64,000 nt of DNA, from positions 72,359-136,358 of the forward strand of contig JACJXS010000008.1 in NCBI GenBank assembly GCA_020636545.1, in the 5' to 3' direction. The position numbers and the translations under genes are program-made. Below the pieces are notes generated by a model, which searched no databases, was not told where the DNA came from, and saw only the letters and a list, made by a program, of their open reading frames with translations. Below are positions 36,512 to 46,781 of the stretch, one piece after another; position 1 is the stretch's first letter, and each line of letters starts with the position of its first letter. This DNA is from Chitinophagales bacterium (GTDB lineage: Bacteria > Bacteroidota > Bacteroidia > Chitinophagales > JADIYW01).

Positions 36512-38977
36512 TTAAAATTTCTGACAAAATTAGTTTTTATTTTGATGATAGTTGCATTACAATCTTGTAGAGCAACAAAATATGTACTGAAAGATAATGA
36601 ATCTTTATTGGTTGCTAATAAAATTATGCTTCATTCTGATATAAAAAATATTGATGATAAGAGCAAAATGCAAACGGATTTAGCGAGACAGGTTATTTAC
36701 AATCAACAACCTAATAAGAAGTTTATGAATTTTTTTAGGTTGAAGCTTGGATTGTATGCCGCATCTTATAGAAAGAAAAATAAACCTAAAAACGAAAGCA
36801 AAAAAAAGAAAAAAGGAGATAAAGCATTTTTTGAAGATTATGCGGGTGAACCACCAGTTATTTTTGATTCAGCAGCAATTGAAAGTTCAAAAGCTAGAAT
36901 GAGTAATTATTTGTTCTATAAAGGTTATTTTCATAGCAATATTTCTACTGATTTTGAAACTAAAAACAAAAAAACTGTTGTTACTTATCACATTGATACC
37001 GACACAGCATTTAGATTTAGAAAAATTATCAAGCAAACTGAAGATTCAATTCTTTATAAATATGCCAATTTAGATAATGGTAATTCCTTTTTGAAAGAAG
37101 GAGATATCTTTGATATTGATAATATTAAAAAAGAGAGAGAACGTATTGCTACCAATATCCAAAACAAAGGTTATTTTACATTTAGTCCAGATTTTATTGT
37201 GTTGCGGGTAGATAGCACCAATGCTGGCGAACATTTAGTAGATGCTTATTTGGTGGTAAAAAATGAAGTTGATTCTTCATTGCATAAAAGATATGTTTAT
37301 TTAGATATCAATGTGAATGTAAATCACGATAACAAATCAAAATCTAAGAAAGCAACTTTTTTAGAGCGTCAATTGGATACAATTTGCAATGTGAATTATA
37401 ATGTTGCCAAGAATTCTATAAAACCTAAAATATTATCTCGTTCGCTTAGATTGAAACCTGAAGATATTTTTAGCGTAAATGAGCAAGTTGCCACACGTAG
37501 TAATTTATATGGATTAGGCGTTTTCAATTTTATTAATATTAAACACGAACCATTTTCATTTTCTCCAGAAGAAATGGGTTTGATTACTTCGATTGAATGT
37601 GTGATGAGTAAAAAACATTCCTTTAGTAATGAATTGGAATTAAATACAAACGCACAAAGTACACTTGGCTTTTCTTTATCTGGCACATATATCAACAAAA
37701 ATGTATTTAATTCTGCTGCAAAATTATATGTTAGTTTAAGAAGTGGTGTAAATTTCCAATTTCAAAAAAACTTTCAAGACGGAGAGCACCTAAGTGCGAT
37801 AAATAACGTCAATGTTTTGGGTGAAGTGAGGATTAGTTTAGCACGTATTTTTCCATCTTTTAAAAGAAAACAATGTACGACTTACGAAAAATATAAACCG
37901 CAAACGAATATTGCATTGAATTATAATTATCAAAGACGTGTTGGTTTATATACACTTAATACAATATCTATCAATTATGGCTATGAATGGTATAATGATA
38001 GATTTAGACATATCTTTTCACCTTTGTCGCTAACCTATGTAAAACCATCTAATTTGACAACTGCTTTTAATGATAGGTTACAAAACAATCCTTTTCTGAA
38101 GAAGAGTTTTGATAATCAATTTATATTAGGTCAAGATTATACTTTTTTCTATACCAATCAGAATATTAATGTTGGAAAGTATAAAAACTTTTTTTCATTG
38201 AGAGCGAATTTTAATATGGGTGGAAATATATTATTTGCTTTTGCATCACTCAATAAAAACAAAACAAAACCTTATTCGCTTTCTAATATTCCATTTGCAC
38301 AGTTTGCAAGAATTGAATTAGAGCCAAAGTACTTTTTTAATTTTAAGAAAAAACAATCGCTTGGATTTCGGGCATTTGTAGGAATTGGCATTCCTTATGG
38401 AAATTCATCTACAGATAAAGCCACAGTAATGCCTTATATCAAACAGTTTTCGGCAGGAGGGCCAATGTCTTTGAGGGCTTGGCCATTTAGACAAATTGGT
38501 CCTGGTGGTTATAAATTCAGAAATACAAATACTAATATTGCACAGTTAGACCAAACGGGTGATATTCGTTTGGAATTGAATGCTGAATATCGTTTTAATA
38601 TTTTTAAAATGTTTAAAGGTGCAGTTTTCTCTGATGCAGGAAATGTTTGGACATATAAAAAGGATACTGCAAGAACGAATGCTGAATTTAATTTTAAGCG
38701 ATTTGGAAAGGAAATCGCTTGGTGTGTGGGGGCTGGACTTCGTTTAGATTTATCCTTTTTTGTCATTAGATTTGATGTCGCTCTTCCAATTTACGACCCA
38801 AGTTATACTTCTGGAGCTAAATGGGTTTCAGATATTATTGATTATCGTAGAGATTATTTTAATCAAAAGTATGAGGCTAATCCTACTATGACGCACAAGG
38901 AAGTAAGAAAATATTATAGAAGAACCGAAATTGGCAGAATGGTTGGTTATAATATTGCAATTGGTTATCCTTTCTAA
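36476..38977 (+). CDS. Omp85-family (BamA/TamA-like, surface antigen D15) outer membrane protein
   Basis: Lipobox-like ALQSC and a C-terminal D15 barrel (FSAGGPMSLRAWPF, ...IAIGYPF terminus). The start may be ATG 36545. Confidence 0.75.
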   Translation: MFDFVYTKHKPQLKFLTKLVFILMIVALQSCRATKYVLKDNESLLVANKIMLHSDIKNIDDKSKMQTDLARQVIYNQQPNKKFMNFFRLKLGLYAASYRKKNKPKNESKKKKKGDKAFFEDYAGEPPVIFDSAAIESSKARMSNYLFYKGYFHSNISTDFETKNKKTVVTYHIDTDTAFRFRKIIKQTEDSILYKYANLDNGNSFLKEGDIFDIDNIKKERERIATNIQNKGYFTFSPDFIVLRVDSTNAGEHLVDAYLVVKNEVDSSLHKRYVYLDINVNVNHDNKSKSKKATFLERQLDTICNVNYNVAKNSIKPKILSRSLRLKPEDIFSVNEQVATRSNLYGLGVFNFINIKHEPFSFSPEEMGLITSIECVMSKKHSFSNELELNTNAQSTLGFSLSGTYINKNVFNSAAKLYVSLRSGVNFQFQKNFQDGEHLSAINNVNVLGEVRISLARIFPSFKRKQCTTYEKYKPQTNIALNYNYQRRVGLYTLNTISINYGYEWYNDRFRHIFSPLSLTYVKPSNLTTAFNDRLQNNPFLKKSFDNQFILGQDYTFFYTNQNINVGKYKNFFSLRANFNMGGNILFAFASLNKNKTKPYSLSNIPFAQFARIELEPKYFFNFKKKQSLGFRAFVGIGIPYGNSSTDKATVMPYIKQFSAGGPMSLRAWPFRQIGPGGYKFRNTNTNIAQLDQTGDIRLELNAEYRFNIFKMFKGAVFSDAGNVWTYKKDTARTNAEFNFKRFGKEIAWCVGAGLRLDLSFFVIRFDVALPIYDPSYTSGAKWVSDIIDYRRDYFNQKYEANPTMTHKEVRKYYRRTEIGRMVGYNIAIGYPF

Positions 38978-38986
38978 TTTTTTTTT

Positions 38987-41155
38987 ATGAGATTTTTACT
39001 ACTATTTTTTTATTTCCTTGGCAGTTTTACTTCCATATTATTTGCACAGAATTTAAGGTTGCAATCTATGCATTCGATTGAAGTTGAAGAAAATGGATAT
39101 GCACTAAAGATGCCTTTTGTCGGTGGCCTGACAAGTGTTCAAGTTGCTAAACTAGATATGAATAATGACCATCTATCTGATTTGATCATTTATGATATTT
39201 ATTCTAATCGCTTTATAGTATTGAAGAATAATCAAGGAGAATATGATTATGATACTACCCAATATATTTTTCCAAATGCTTATGGTTGGGCAGAATGGAC
39301 AGATTTTAATTGCGATAATATAAGAGATTTTGTAACCTATAATAACTTAGGTTCTATAGAAATTTATAAAGGATTTTATGCTAATAACAGCTTGCAATTT
39401 GAAAAAATGCAAAATAATGTTTTGGCAAAATCATTTTTTGGAGATGTAAATGTCTATGCAAGTTCAGTTGATAAGCCATCATTTGTTGATGTGAATGGAG
39501 ATGGCGATATGGATATGGTCAATTATAATGTCAGTATGTCAAAATTGGTTTATTATGAAAATCAGAAAGTGGAGAAAAATATACCTTGTGATTCTGTATA
39601 TTTTGAAATTGCCGATTTCTGTTGGGGAAATATTACTGAAAATGGACACGGAACTTTGACTTTTAGGGATACTTGTAATAGTAAATTTTTAAACCCTTTG
39701 GGTTCTGAAGATATACAACACAATGGCACAGCAGTTTGTTTGTATGATGTGAATGGAGATAGTATAAAAGATGCTTTATTATCCGATTTGTTTTTTAATT
39801 CTGTCAATTATTTAGAAAATGTAGGGTCAAAAACTTACGCAAGTTTTCTGTCGGAAAATAAAAACTATCCAGCAAATTATCCAATAAAGATTGATTATTT
39901 GCCCATGCCTCAATTTGTTGATATTGATGATGATAACAAAGATGATTGCGTAGTGAGTAATTTTTCTTTTACATCTTCCGATGCTAATGCAGATAATATT
40001 TGGTGGTATAAAAATGTATCTAGCAATTCAAGTTTACAGTTAGAATTTCAGAAAAAGAACTTTTTATTGGAAGATGTGATAGATGTTGGACAACAGGCTT
40101 ATCCTTGTTTGTTGGATATCAATAACGATGGTATTAAAGATTTATTGATTACAAATGGTGGACAAAGGAAAAGTGGTGGGCAAAATAAATACTTTGTAAA
40201 AGCTTATCAAAATTTAGGAACAAATGAGAACCCAAAATACAATTTGGTAGATACAAATTTCCTAAATATTAGCCAATATGGATTAACAGAAATTGCTTTG
40301 ACAGTTGGAGATATTAATAATGATGGTGTTGATGAAATACTCGCAGGTACTTCAGATGGATTTTTAGTTTGGTGGGAAAATATTTCTATGTCTCCAATTT
40401 CAGAATGGATATATAGAGGTTATTTATTAAAAGATGTATTTGGGAATCCTGATACTTTAGGTGCAAATGTAGTTCCTATTATTTATGACTTAGATAATGA
40501 TAATTTGAAGGATTTAATTATTGGTAAAAAATCAGGTACACTTAGTTTTTTTAAAGGAAATGCTGGAACGACACCTAATTTTACAAAAATAACGACACAA
40601 CTATCGAATTTACAAACCAATAAAAATAATGAGTTTTGGGGCTATTCTGTTCCATTTATTGCCGATATTGATACGAATGGAATCGACGATTTAATACTTG
40701 GAACTTATGCAAAAGGAATTATTTGGTATCCTGATTTTGTAAACAACTACACACAAGCCAATCTTGAAGAAAAGGTTTTATTAGAAAGCAAATTTTACAG
40801 AACAATTCCAGTTATTTTAGAGAATAATATATTTCTAGTTGGCAATTCAATTGGTGGCATTTCTTCTTATATTTTAGATACGTCTAAGATTTCAGCGAAT
40901 AAAATTTCAGTAAAAAGAAATGCTATTAATATCTATCCAAATCCAACAAAAAATACGGCTACAATAAATTTAAAAACATTCGATGAAGTTCAAAATTTAA
41001 GTTGTTTCAATTTAATGGGACAACCTTTCAAAATTGGATACCAACAAGCTGGAAAGCTATTAAATATTAGTGTTGAAGCATTGCCATCAGGACTATATAT
41101 TTTGCAATTCCAGCAAAAGAATGAAATATATTATGCTAAAATAATGAAGGAATAA
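38987..41155 (+). CDS. FG-GAP/VCBS repeat protein with a T9SS type A C-terminal sorting domain
   Basis: Eight or more DxNxDxxxD calcium-loop repeats (DVNGDGDMD, DINNDGIKD, ...). The C-terminus is INIYPNPTKNTATINL...GLYILQF. Confidence 0.8.
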   Translation: MRFLLLFFYFLGSFTSILFAQNLRLQSMHSIEVEENGYALKMPFVGGLTSVQVAKLDMNNDHLSDLIIYDIYSNRFIVLKNNQGEYDYDTTQYIFPNAYGWAEWTDFNCDNIRDFVTYNNLGSIEIYKGFYANNSLQFEKMQNNVLAKSFFGDVNVYASSVDKPSFVDVNGDGDMDMVNYNVSMSKLVYYENQKVEKNIPCDSVYFEIADFCWGNITENGHGTLTFRDTCNSKFLNPLGSEDIQHNGTAVCLYDVNGDSIKDALLSDLFFNSVNYLENVGSKTYASFLSENKNYPANYPIKIDYLPMPQFVDIDDDNKDDCVVSNFSFTSSDANADNIWWYKNVSSNSSLQLEFQKKNFLLEDVIDVGQQAYPCLLDINNDGIKDLLITNGGQRKSGGQNKYFVKAYQNLGTNENPKYNLVDTNFLNISQYGLTEIALTVGDINNDGVDEILAGTSDGFLVWWENISMSPISEWIYRGYLLKDVFGNPDTLGANVVPIIYDLDNDNLKDLIIGKKSGTLSFFKGNAGTTPNFTKITTQLSNLQTNKNNEFWGYSVPFIADIDTNGIDDLILGTYAKGIIWYPDFVNNYTQANLEEKVLLESKFYRTIPVILENNIFLVGNSIGGISSYILDTSKISANKISVKRNAINIYPNPTKNTATINLKTFDEVQNLSCFNLMGQPFKIGYQQAGKLLNISVEALPSGLYILQFQQKNEIYYAKIMKE

Positions 41156-41192
41156 AAAGCATTTTATTTGCTTGATACTTTGTCAATAGCTA

Positions 41193-42272
41193 TTAAGGAA
41201 TAAGTTTGTTTTTATTAATTAATGCACTAATTCGTTCGCCTAATAACTTACTATATAAATTTGCACCTTGTTTATTCATGTGGTGATAATTATATCCATA
41301 TTCCACTGCATAGAATTCTGGATATTTGTTTGGATTCGCTAATTCAATGCATCTTTCTTGTGGAAGTTGATAATAAATTGGCAATAAAAATGAATAGCTT
41401 GTTCTAGCACGTGGAGGCAAAATAAAATAAACATCAATTCCTTTTTTAGCATATTTTTTGATGATACTGACAAGAACATTCAACTCAGCTTGGTTGGGTT
41501 TTATGCTTGCATTATACGTATCAAATGAATGTTTTACGCTATTGGTCAAACTATCTCTTATACCTTTTTCTTTTTTATAAACTGCATTAGATTCAATGAC
41601 AAATTCATCTGCCCATTTGTAATGCTCTATCAACAAACGCTCTTCATCATCATAAGGAAAAAAACCATCTTTATTTTTACCTAAATAAGCTGAATCAAGA
41701 GAGGGTCTGTCTAAGTAACTTTGAAACAAACTAGGTAACAAGCCCATATTAAAATTCTTTTTAATAAATGAAGTGGTATAATACCACATAAATCGACCTT
41801 TTTCGCCCCATTTATCATCTAAAGTCGGTAAGATTTGCATCGCATTAATGTAAGCAGGAAAGTTTTGCCAGGAAATCCATTTCGCTGTATTTCTATTAGG
41901 TTTGAAAAAATAGGGTTCACTAGATAAACTGATAAAAATATATTTAAGCTCAGAATTTTTAATAGATAAGAATCCTTCCATATCTCTTAATTCTTGAATA
42001 ATATTATGACCATCTATTCCTGCATTGAATGATGATAATTGAATATTATTTTGCTTTGCAATAGCATCAACCATAGTAGGATTGATATGTCTATACTCTA
42101 AACTGCCACCAAAGAAAATCGCATTGTATTTTGTTGGGTTCTTCTTATAATGTAAAATCTTAGTTGTTTGTGTATAATCTCCCCAATAAAAAGGTGTAAA
42201 AATATTTATCGTTATTGAAGCTATTAATACCACCAATATCAAGACAATAATATTTCTCAACAAGTACCGCAT
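41193..42272 (-). CDS. SGNH/DltD-like protein, paralog A (putative acyl-transfer partner of the MBOAT)
   Basis: N-terminal TM anchor, FFGGSLEYR (a GDS-like block) and YNYHHMNKQGA (a DxxH-like block). Start overlaps the MBOAT stop (TAATG). Confidence 0.5.
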   Translation of the reverse strand: MRYLLRNIIVLILVVLIASITINIFTPFYWGDYTQTTKILHYKKNPTKYNAIFFGGSLEYRHINPTMVDAIAKQNNIQLSSFNAGIDGHNIIQELRDMEGFLSIKNSELKYIFISLSSEPYFFKPNRNTAKWISWQNFPAYINAMQILPTLDDKWGEKGRFMWYYTTSFIKKNFNMGLLPSLFQSYLDRPSLDSAYLGKNKDGFFPYDDEERLLIEHYKWADEFVIESNAVYKKEKGIRDSLTNSVKHSFDTYNASIKPNQAELNVLVSIIKKYAKKGIDVYFILPPRARTSYSFLLPIYYQLPQERCIELANPNKYPEFYAVEYGYNYHHMNKQGANLYSKLLGERISALINKNKLIP

Positions 42273-43783
42273 TAGTATTGAAAATAAACAAATGAAGTAT
42301 TATTATAAACCCCAAACCAAGTTATCGCCAAAGTGAGCAAAATATAGATAACCCATCGTATGGGTTTTGCTCTTTCTGAAATCGTTTTTTCAATAGTTTT
42401 GTCGCCAATCAAAAATTCAATTACTAATAAAATAATAAGAAAAGCAATGCCACAAATAAACTCAACAATTCCTTTGTGATTAATCCATTCTTGAAAATAA
42501 GCTGCAGAACCTAAATGAAACATTTTTGAATACAATAAACCTGCAATATGCCACCAACTCACTGGGTCATCAATATGCATTCGATTCCATTCCATTTGTG
42601 CCGTATGTACCCTGAATAATAAAAAACAGAAAACTAAGATGCTAACGGTTACTAAAACATGACCCCATTCTGGAAAGTATTTATCAAAGAGTTTATAAGC
42701 ATTACTAGGTTTTATATTCCTAACGATATTAAATTGCCACAAATATCTAATTGCCATCGCAATGCCTATCATTGTAAATGCTAATATCATCGGATAATTA
42801 GCACCGTGCCACAAGCCACAAATAGCCAAAACAAAAACAACATTAAAGACGACTTTTAGCCCTTTTGCTTTATATGCACCCAAATAAAAGAACACATAAT
42901 CTGTCAGCCATGTTGATAGAGAAACGTGCCAGCGTGTCCAAAATTCAGCTAAATTCTTGGAGAAAAAAGGCCGTTTGAAATTTTCTGTGATATTAATACC
43001 CATAATCTTTGCAGCTCCTAAAGCAATATCAGAATAGCCACTAAAATCACAATATACCTGAAAGAAAAACAAAAAGCCACCGACAATAATTGTCCAACCA
43101 CTTACATCATTAAAATGTAAATACATATCATCAACAAAAAAAGCTAATCGGTCGGCAATGACGAGTTTTTTAAAAAATCCAAACAACATTCTTATTAAAC
43201 CATCTCGAACTCTATTATACTCAAATGAATGATGTTCTTGTAATTGCGGTAGTAAGTTTTTAGCTCGTTCAATTGGACCATTGACCATTACAGGCCAAAA
43301 TGCAGTAAAAGTTGCAAAATAACCCAAATCTCGTTCCGGTTTAATCAAGCCTTTATAAATATCAATCGTGTAACTGAGAGATTGGAAAGTTATAAATGAA
43401 ACACCGACAGGCACAATAATTTTATCAAACCAAGTTTGTGGAACAAAATAGGGCAGATGCAATAACTCAAATAGGTTGCGAATATTATCGTCTATGAAAT
43501 TTACATACTTAAAGAAAATTAAAATACCCAAATTCATAGCAATGCTCAAAAACAACCATTTCTTTTTTTCTGATTTGGTTGTTGCATCTTCAATTTTTTT
43601 ACCAGCAAAAAAATCATTCAAAGTAATAGCCACCAAAATCAACAAATATTTTGGAGCAAAAGAACCATAAAAAAAGTAACCACTCAATAACAATAGTTTC
43701 CATTGATGTTTGGCATTAATTCTGAAATAAAGTAACAGAAATATTGGAAAGAAAATAAGGAAACTAAAAGAGTTAAAAAGCAT
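42272..43783 (-). CDS. MBOAT-family membrane-bound O-acyltransferase (AlgI/DltB-like)
   Basis: 503 aa, polytopic, with the conserved-His region FWTRWHVSLSTWLTDYVF and CGLWHGA. Confidence 0.85.
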   Translation of the reverse strand: MLFNSFSFLIFFPIFLLLYFRINAKHQWKLLLLSGYFFYGSFAPKYLLILVAITLNDFFAGKKIEDATTKSEKKKWLFLSIAMNLGILIFFKYVNFIDDNIRNLFELLHLPYFVPQTWFDKIIVPVGVSFITFQSLSYTIDIYKGLIKPERDLGYFATFTAFWPVMVNGPIERAKNLLPQLQEHHSFEYNRVRDGLIRMLFGFFKKLVIADRLAFFVDDMYLHFNDVSGWTIIVGGFLFFFQVYCDFSGYSDIALGAAKIMGINITENFKRPFFSKNLAEFWTRWHVSLSTWLTDYVFFYLGAYKAKGLKVVFNVVFVLAICGLWHGANYPMILAFTMIGIAMAIRYLWQFNIVRNIKPSNAYKLFDKYFPEWGHVLVTVSILVFCFLLFRVHTAQMEWNRMHIDDPVSWWHIAGLLYSKMFHLGSAAYFQEWINHKGIVEFICGIAFLIILLVIEFLIGDKTIEKTISERAKPIRWVIYILLTLAITWFGVYNNTSFVYFQY

Positions 43784-43819
43784 GTTTGTCCATCAATTTA
43801 ATTTGTTAAAAATAATAAA

Positions 43820-44902
43820 TTATTCGGGTATTTTTGAGGAGGTCATTAATAAATCTGCAATCTTGTTACCCAATATCTTACTAAAAATGGCAGCTCCTTT
43901 TTTATTCAAATGATGAAAATTATAGCCATTTTCATACGTATAAAATTGTGGGTATTGTCTTGGGTCTGCCAACTCAATTCGCCTATTTTCTGGCAATGCA
44001 TAGAAGATGGGTAATAAATAAGAATAGGAGGTCATTGCTCGTGGAGGTAAAATAAAATACACATCTATACCCATTTTATTGTATTTTTTCATAAACCGAT
44101 ACAACATATTCACTTGTTCTTGATTTGGTTTGTCTGTAACTTTATAGTTAGAGAATTGTTGGGTATTCGCATTTCGCAAACTATCACGATAGTGCATATC
44201 TTGTATAAATCTAGCTCTTGATGTATTCAAATCTTCATCTAAACCTCGATTGTATTGTGCCAAATAAGTTCGCTCATCATCATAAGCAAAAAAACCATTT
44301 TTGTCTGGTCCAATATAAGCTTGATAAAGTGTATCTTGACCTAAATAATGAGTCAAAACATCTGGAACCATACCTACTTTAAATAAATTCATAAAGTAAC
44401 TTCGGATATACAATATAATAAATCTCGTTTTCTCTTTTAGGGTTCTTCCAGCATTAGGTAATATAAAAATGGAATTTACAGTGGATTTTAAATCTACCCA
44501 AGCCAACCATTTTGAAGTATTTTTATTGTAAGCAAAAAAATAAGGTTCACTCGACATACTTACAAAGATATATTTGATACTGTCGTTTTTTATTTTCATA
44601 ATACCATCAATATCCGCTAGTTGTTGGATAATATTATGGCCATCAATACCTAAATTATAACTATTAAAATGTATCTGATTGCTATTTAAAACACCATCGA
44701 CAATCTTTGGATTGACTTGTCGATATTCCAAACTGCCACCAAAAAATAAGGCATTGTATTTTCCTTTAACAGATTTATAATGTTGAATTTTAGCATATTG
44801 TACAGCATCAGCCCAACCATAAGGCAAAATGAAACTGCCCAAAACGGACAAACCCAAGATGATTGTAATTAAAATTCCTATTTTTTTTAGCAGCCTCAAC
44901 AT
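43820..44902 (-). CDS. SGNH/DltD-like protein, paralog B
   Basis: Colinear with 41193..42272 along its full length (FFGGSLEYR, GIDGHNIIQ, IDVYFILPPRA, YNFHHLNKKGA). Confidence 0.5.
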   Translation of the reverse strand: MLRLLKKIGILITIILGLSVLGSFILPYGWADAVQYAKIQHYKSVKGKYNALFFGGSLEYRQVNPKIVDGVLNSNQIHFNSYNLGIDGHNIIQQLADIDGIMKIKNDSIKYIFVSMSSEPYFFAYNKNTSKWLAWVDLKSTVNSIFILPNAGRTLKEKTRFIILYIRSYFMNLFKVGMVPDVLTHYLGQDTLYQAYIGPDKNGFFAYDDERTYLAQYNRGLDEDLNTSRARFIQDMHYRDSLRNANTQQFSNYKVTDKPNQEQVNMLYRFMKKYNKMGIDVYFILPPRAMTSYSYLLPIFYALPENRRIELADPRQYPQFYTYENGYNFHHLNKKGAAIFSKILGNKIADLLMTSSKIPE

Positions 44903-45144
44903 TACATTAAAATCAGGCTAAAATACGAAAAATATGTTTTTTTATTTGGGTTTTATTAAGCACAAAATTTAGTAGGAGTGTATGTTTGTACTTTTTTTGT
45001 CAGCATCAGAATTTTCTATATTTTAGGATTGTATTTAAAAATCCTGTTCATCATTTAATCCTGCAAATCTTGATTCAGACAATTTCTTAGATAGCATTAA
45101 GAAGTATAAGCTATCAAAAAACATAAGAATTAATGAAAATAATT

Positions 45145-45984
45145 TTAATAATCTCCTAGCGTTTCCTCTAGTTGTGCGAGAGCTTTTGCTAGTTGCTCAT
45201 CATTTGGTGCAGAGCCATGCCATTTATGTGTTCCCATCATATAATCTACGCCAAATCCCATTTCTGTACGCATTAAAATAACAACGGGTTTGCCTTGTTT
45301 TGCTCTATTTTTAGCTTCATTTAATTGAGCAACAACATTATCCATTTGGTTGCCTTTCATAGATAAAACTTCCCAGCCAAATGCTTTGAACTTTGCTTCT
45401 AAGTCGCCTAAATCACAAACCTCTTGTGTAGAACCATCAATTTGAGCATCATTCCAATCGACTGTAACAATTAGATTGTCCACTTTATTTGCAGCAGCAA
45501 ATAAAATTGCTTCCCAATTTTGTCCTTCTTGTAATTCTCCATCACCAGTTAAACAAAATACATATTTATCATCTTTATTCAGTTTTTTGCCTAATGCTGC
45601 ACCAGCCGCAACAGAAATTCCCTGACCTAAACTTCCTGATGCAATTCTAATTCCAGGCAACCCTTCGTGTGTGGTTGGATGCCCTTGTAATCTGGAATTG
45701 ATATGTCTGAATGTTGCCAATTCTTTTACTTCAAAAAAACCTCTTCGAGCCAAAACAGAATAAAACAATGGAGAAATATGACCGTTGGATAAAAAGAAAA
45801 TATCTTCATCTTTTCCATTCATATCAAAATCCGTATTCACTTTCATTACATCAAAATATAATGCTGTTAAGAAATCGGCACAACCTAAAGAACCTCCAGG
45901 ATGCCCAGATTTGCACTGATGTACCATACGAACGATATCTCTTCTAACTTGTGTTGCTGTTTTATTGAGTTCTGCTATTTGCAT
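45145..45984 (-). CDS. Transketolase, N-terminal (TPP-binding) subunit
   Basis: GHPGGSLG, SNGH and GDGELQEG motifs. 279 aa, the length of split-type transketolase subunit A. Confidence 0.85.
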   Translation of the reverse strand: MQIAELNKTATQVRRDIVRMVHQCKSGHPGGSLGCADFLTALYFDVMKVNTDFDMNGKDEDIFFLSNGHISPLFYSVLARRGFFEVKELATFRHINSRLQGHPTTHEGLPGIRIASGSLGQGISVAAGAALGKKLNKDDKYVFCLTGDGELQEGQNWEAILFAAANKVDNLIVTVDWNDAQIDGSTQEVCDLGDLEAKFKAFGWEVLSMKGNQMDNVVAQLNEAKNRAKQGKPVVILMRTEMGFGVDYMMGTHKWHGSAPNDEQLAKALAQLEETLGDY

Positions 45985-46073
45985 TTTTTTAATTGAATTA
46001 CAAAAGTATTAAAAATAAAGTTTAGAGAAAATTAAAAATGAAGAAATGGATATAAATATAATGAGGATTTTAT

Positions 46074-46781
46074 TTAAAGATTTCTAATTCGGAACAATGC
46101 ACAAAACATATTCCAGCTATCTTTAAGTAAATTAACTTTAGAACCTTCAATATCAATGCATTGAACAGGTAAAGTTTGAATGCTAATATTTTGTTGTATT
46201 AATTTATAAATGATTTCCAAATCAAAGGCAAACCGTTTTTCGTGCAAATCTTTAAATACTTTTTTTGCAATAGTGGTTGGATACAATTTAAAACCACATT
46301 GTGTATCTTGAATATTAATACCTAAAATCAACCTAATAAGTAGGTAAAATATTTTTCCAATAATAATTCTATGGACAAAGAATTTGCTTTTCTTATCCTT
46401 TATAATTCGCTTTCCAAAATAAACTATCCCATTTTTATTAAAGTCAAATAATTTCGAATCATACCAATCGTCTATTTGTTCTAAACGATAAGATAAGTCC
46501 GCATCATTACACAAAACCCAATTGTGTTGTGCTTGTAAAATCCCTGCTTGTAATGCATTGCCTTTGCCACAATTTTTTTCTATATGAATAACTTGAATGT
46601 TCTTTTCAGAAAATTGTTTTTGAAACTTTTGTAAATGCGGTAAGGTATCGTCAGTACTTCCATCATTCACTAAAATTATTTCCTGTATAAGTTGATTTCT
46701 ATTCTTATATTGATTTAAACCTTCTTCAAATCTATCCAATCTTTTGGACTCATTATAAAAAGGAATAATCAAAGTAATCAT
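46074..46781 (-). CDS. Family 2 glycosyltransferase (dolichyl/polyprenyl-phosphate sugar synthase-like)
   Basis: IIPFYNE, VNDGSTDDT, GKGNAL and the DAD motif. Confidence 0.8.
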   Translation of the reverse strand: MITLIIPFYNESKRLDRFEEGLNQYKNRNQLIQEIILVNDGSTDDTLPHLQKFQKQFSEKNIQVIHIEKNCGKGNALQAGILQAQHNWVLCNDADLSYRLEQIDDWYDSKLFDFNKNGIVYFGKRIIKDKKSKFFVHRIIIGKIFYLLIRLILGINIQDTQCGFKLYPTTIAKKVFKDLHEKRFAFDLEIIYKLIQQNISIQTLPVQCIDIEGSKVNLLKDSWNMFCALFRIRNL

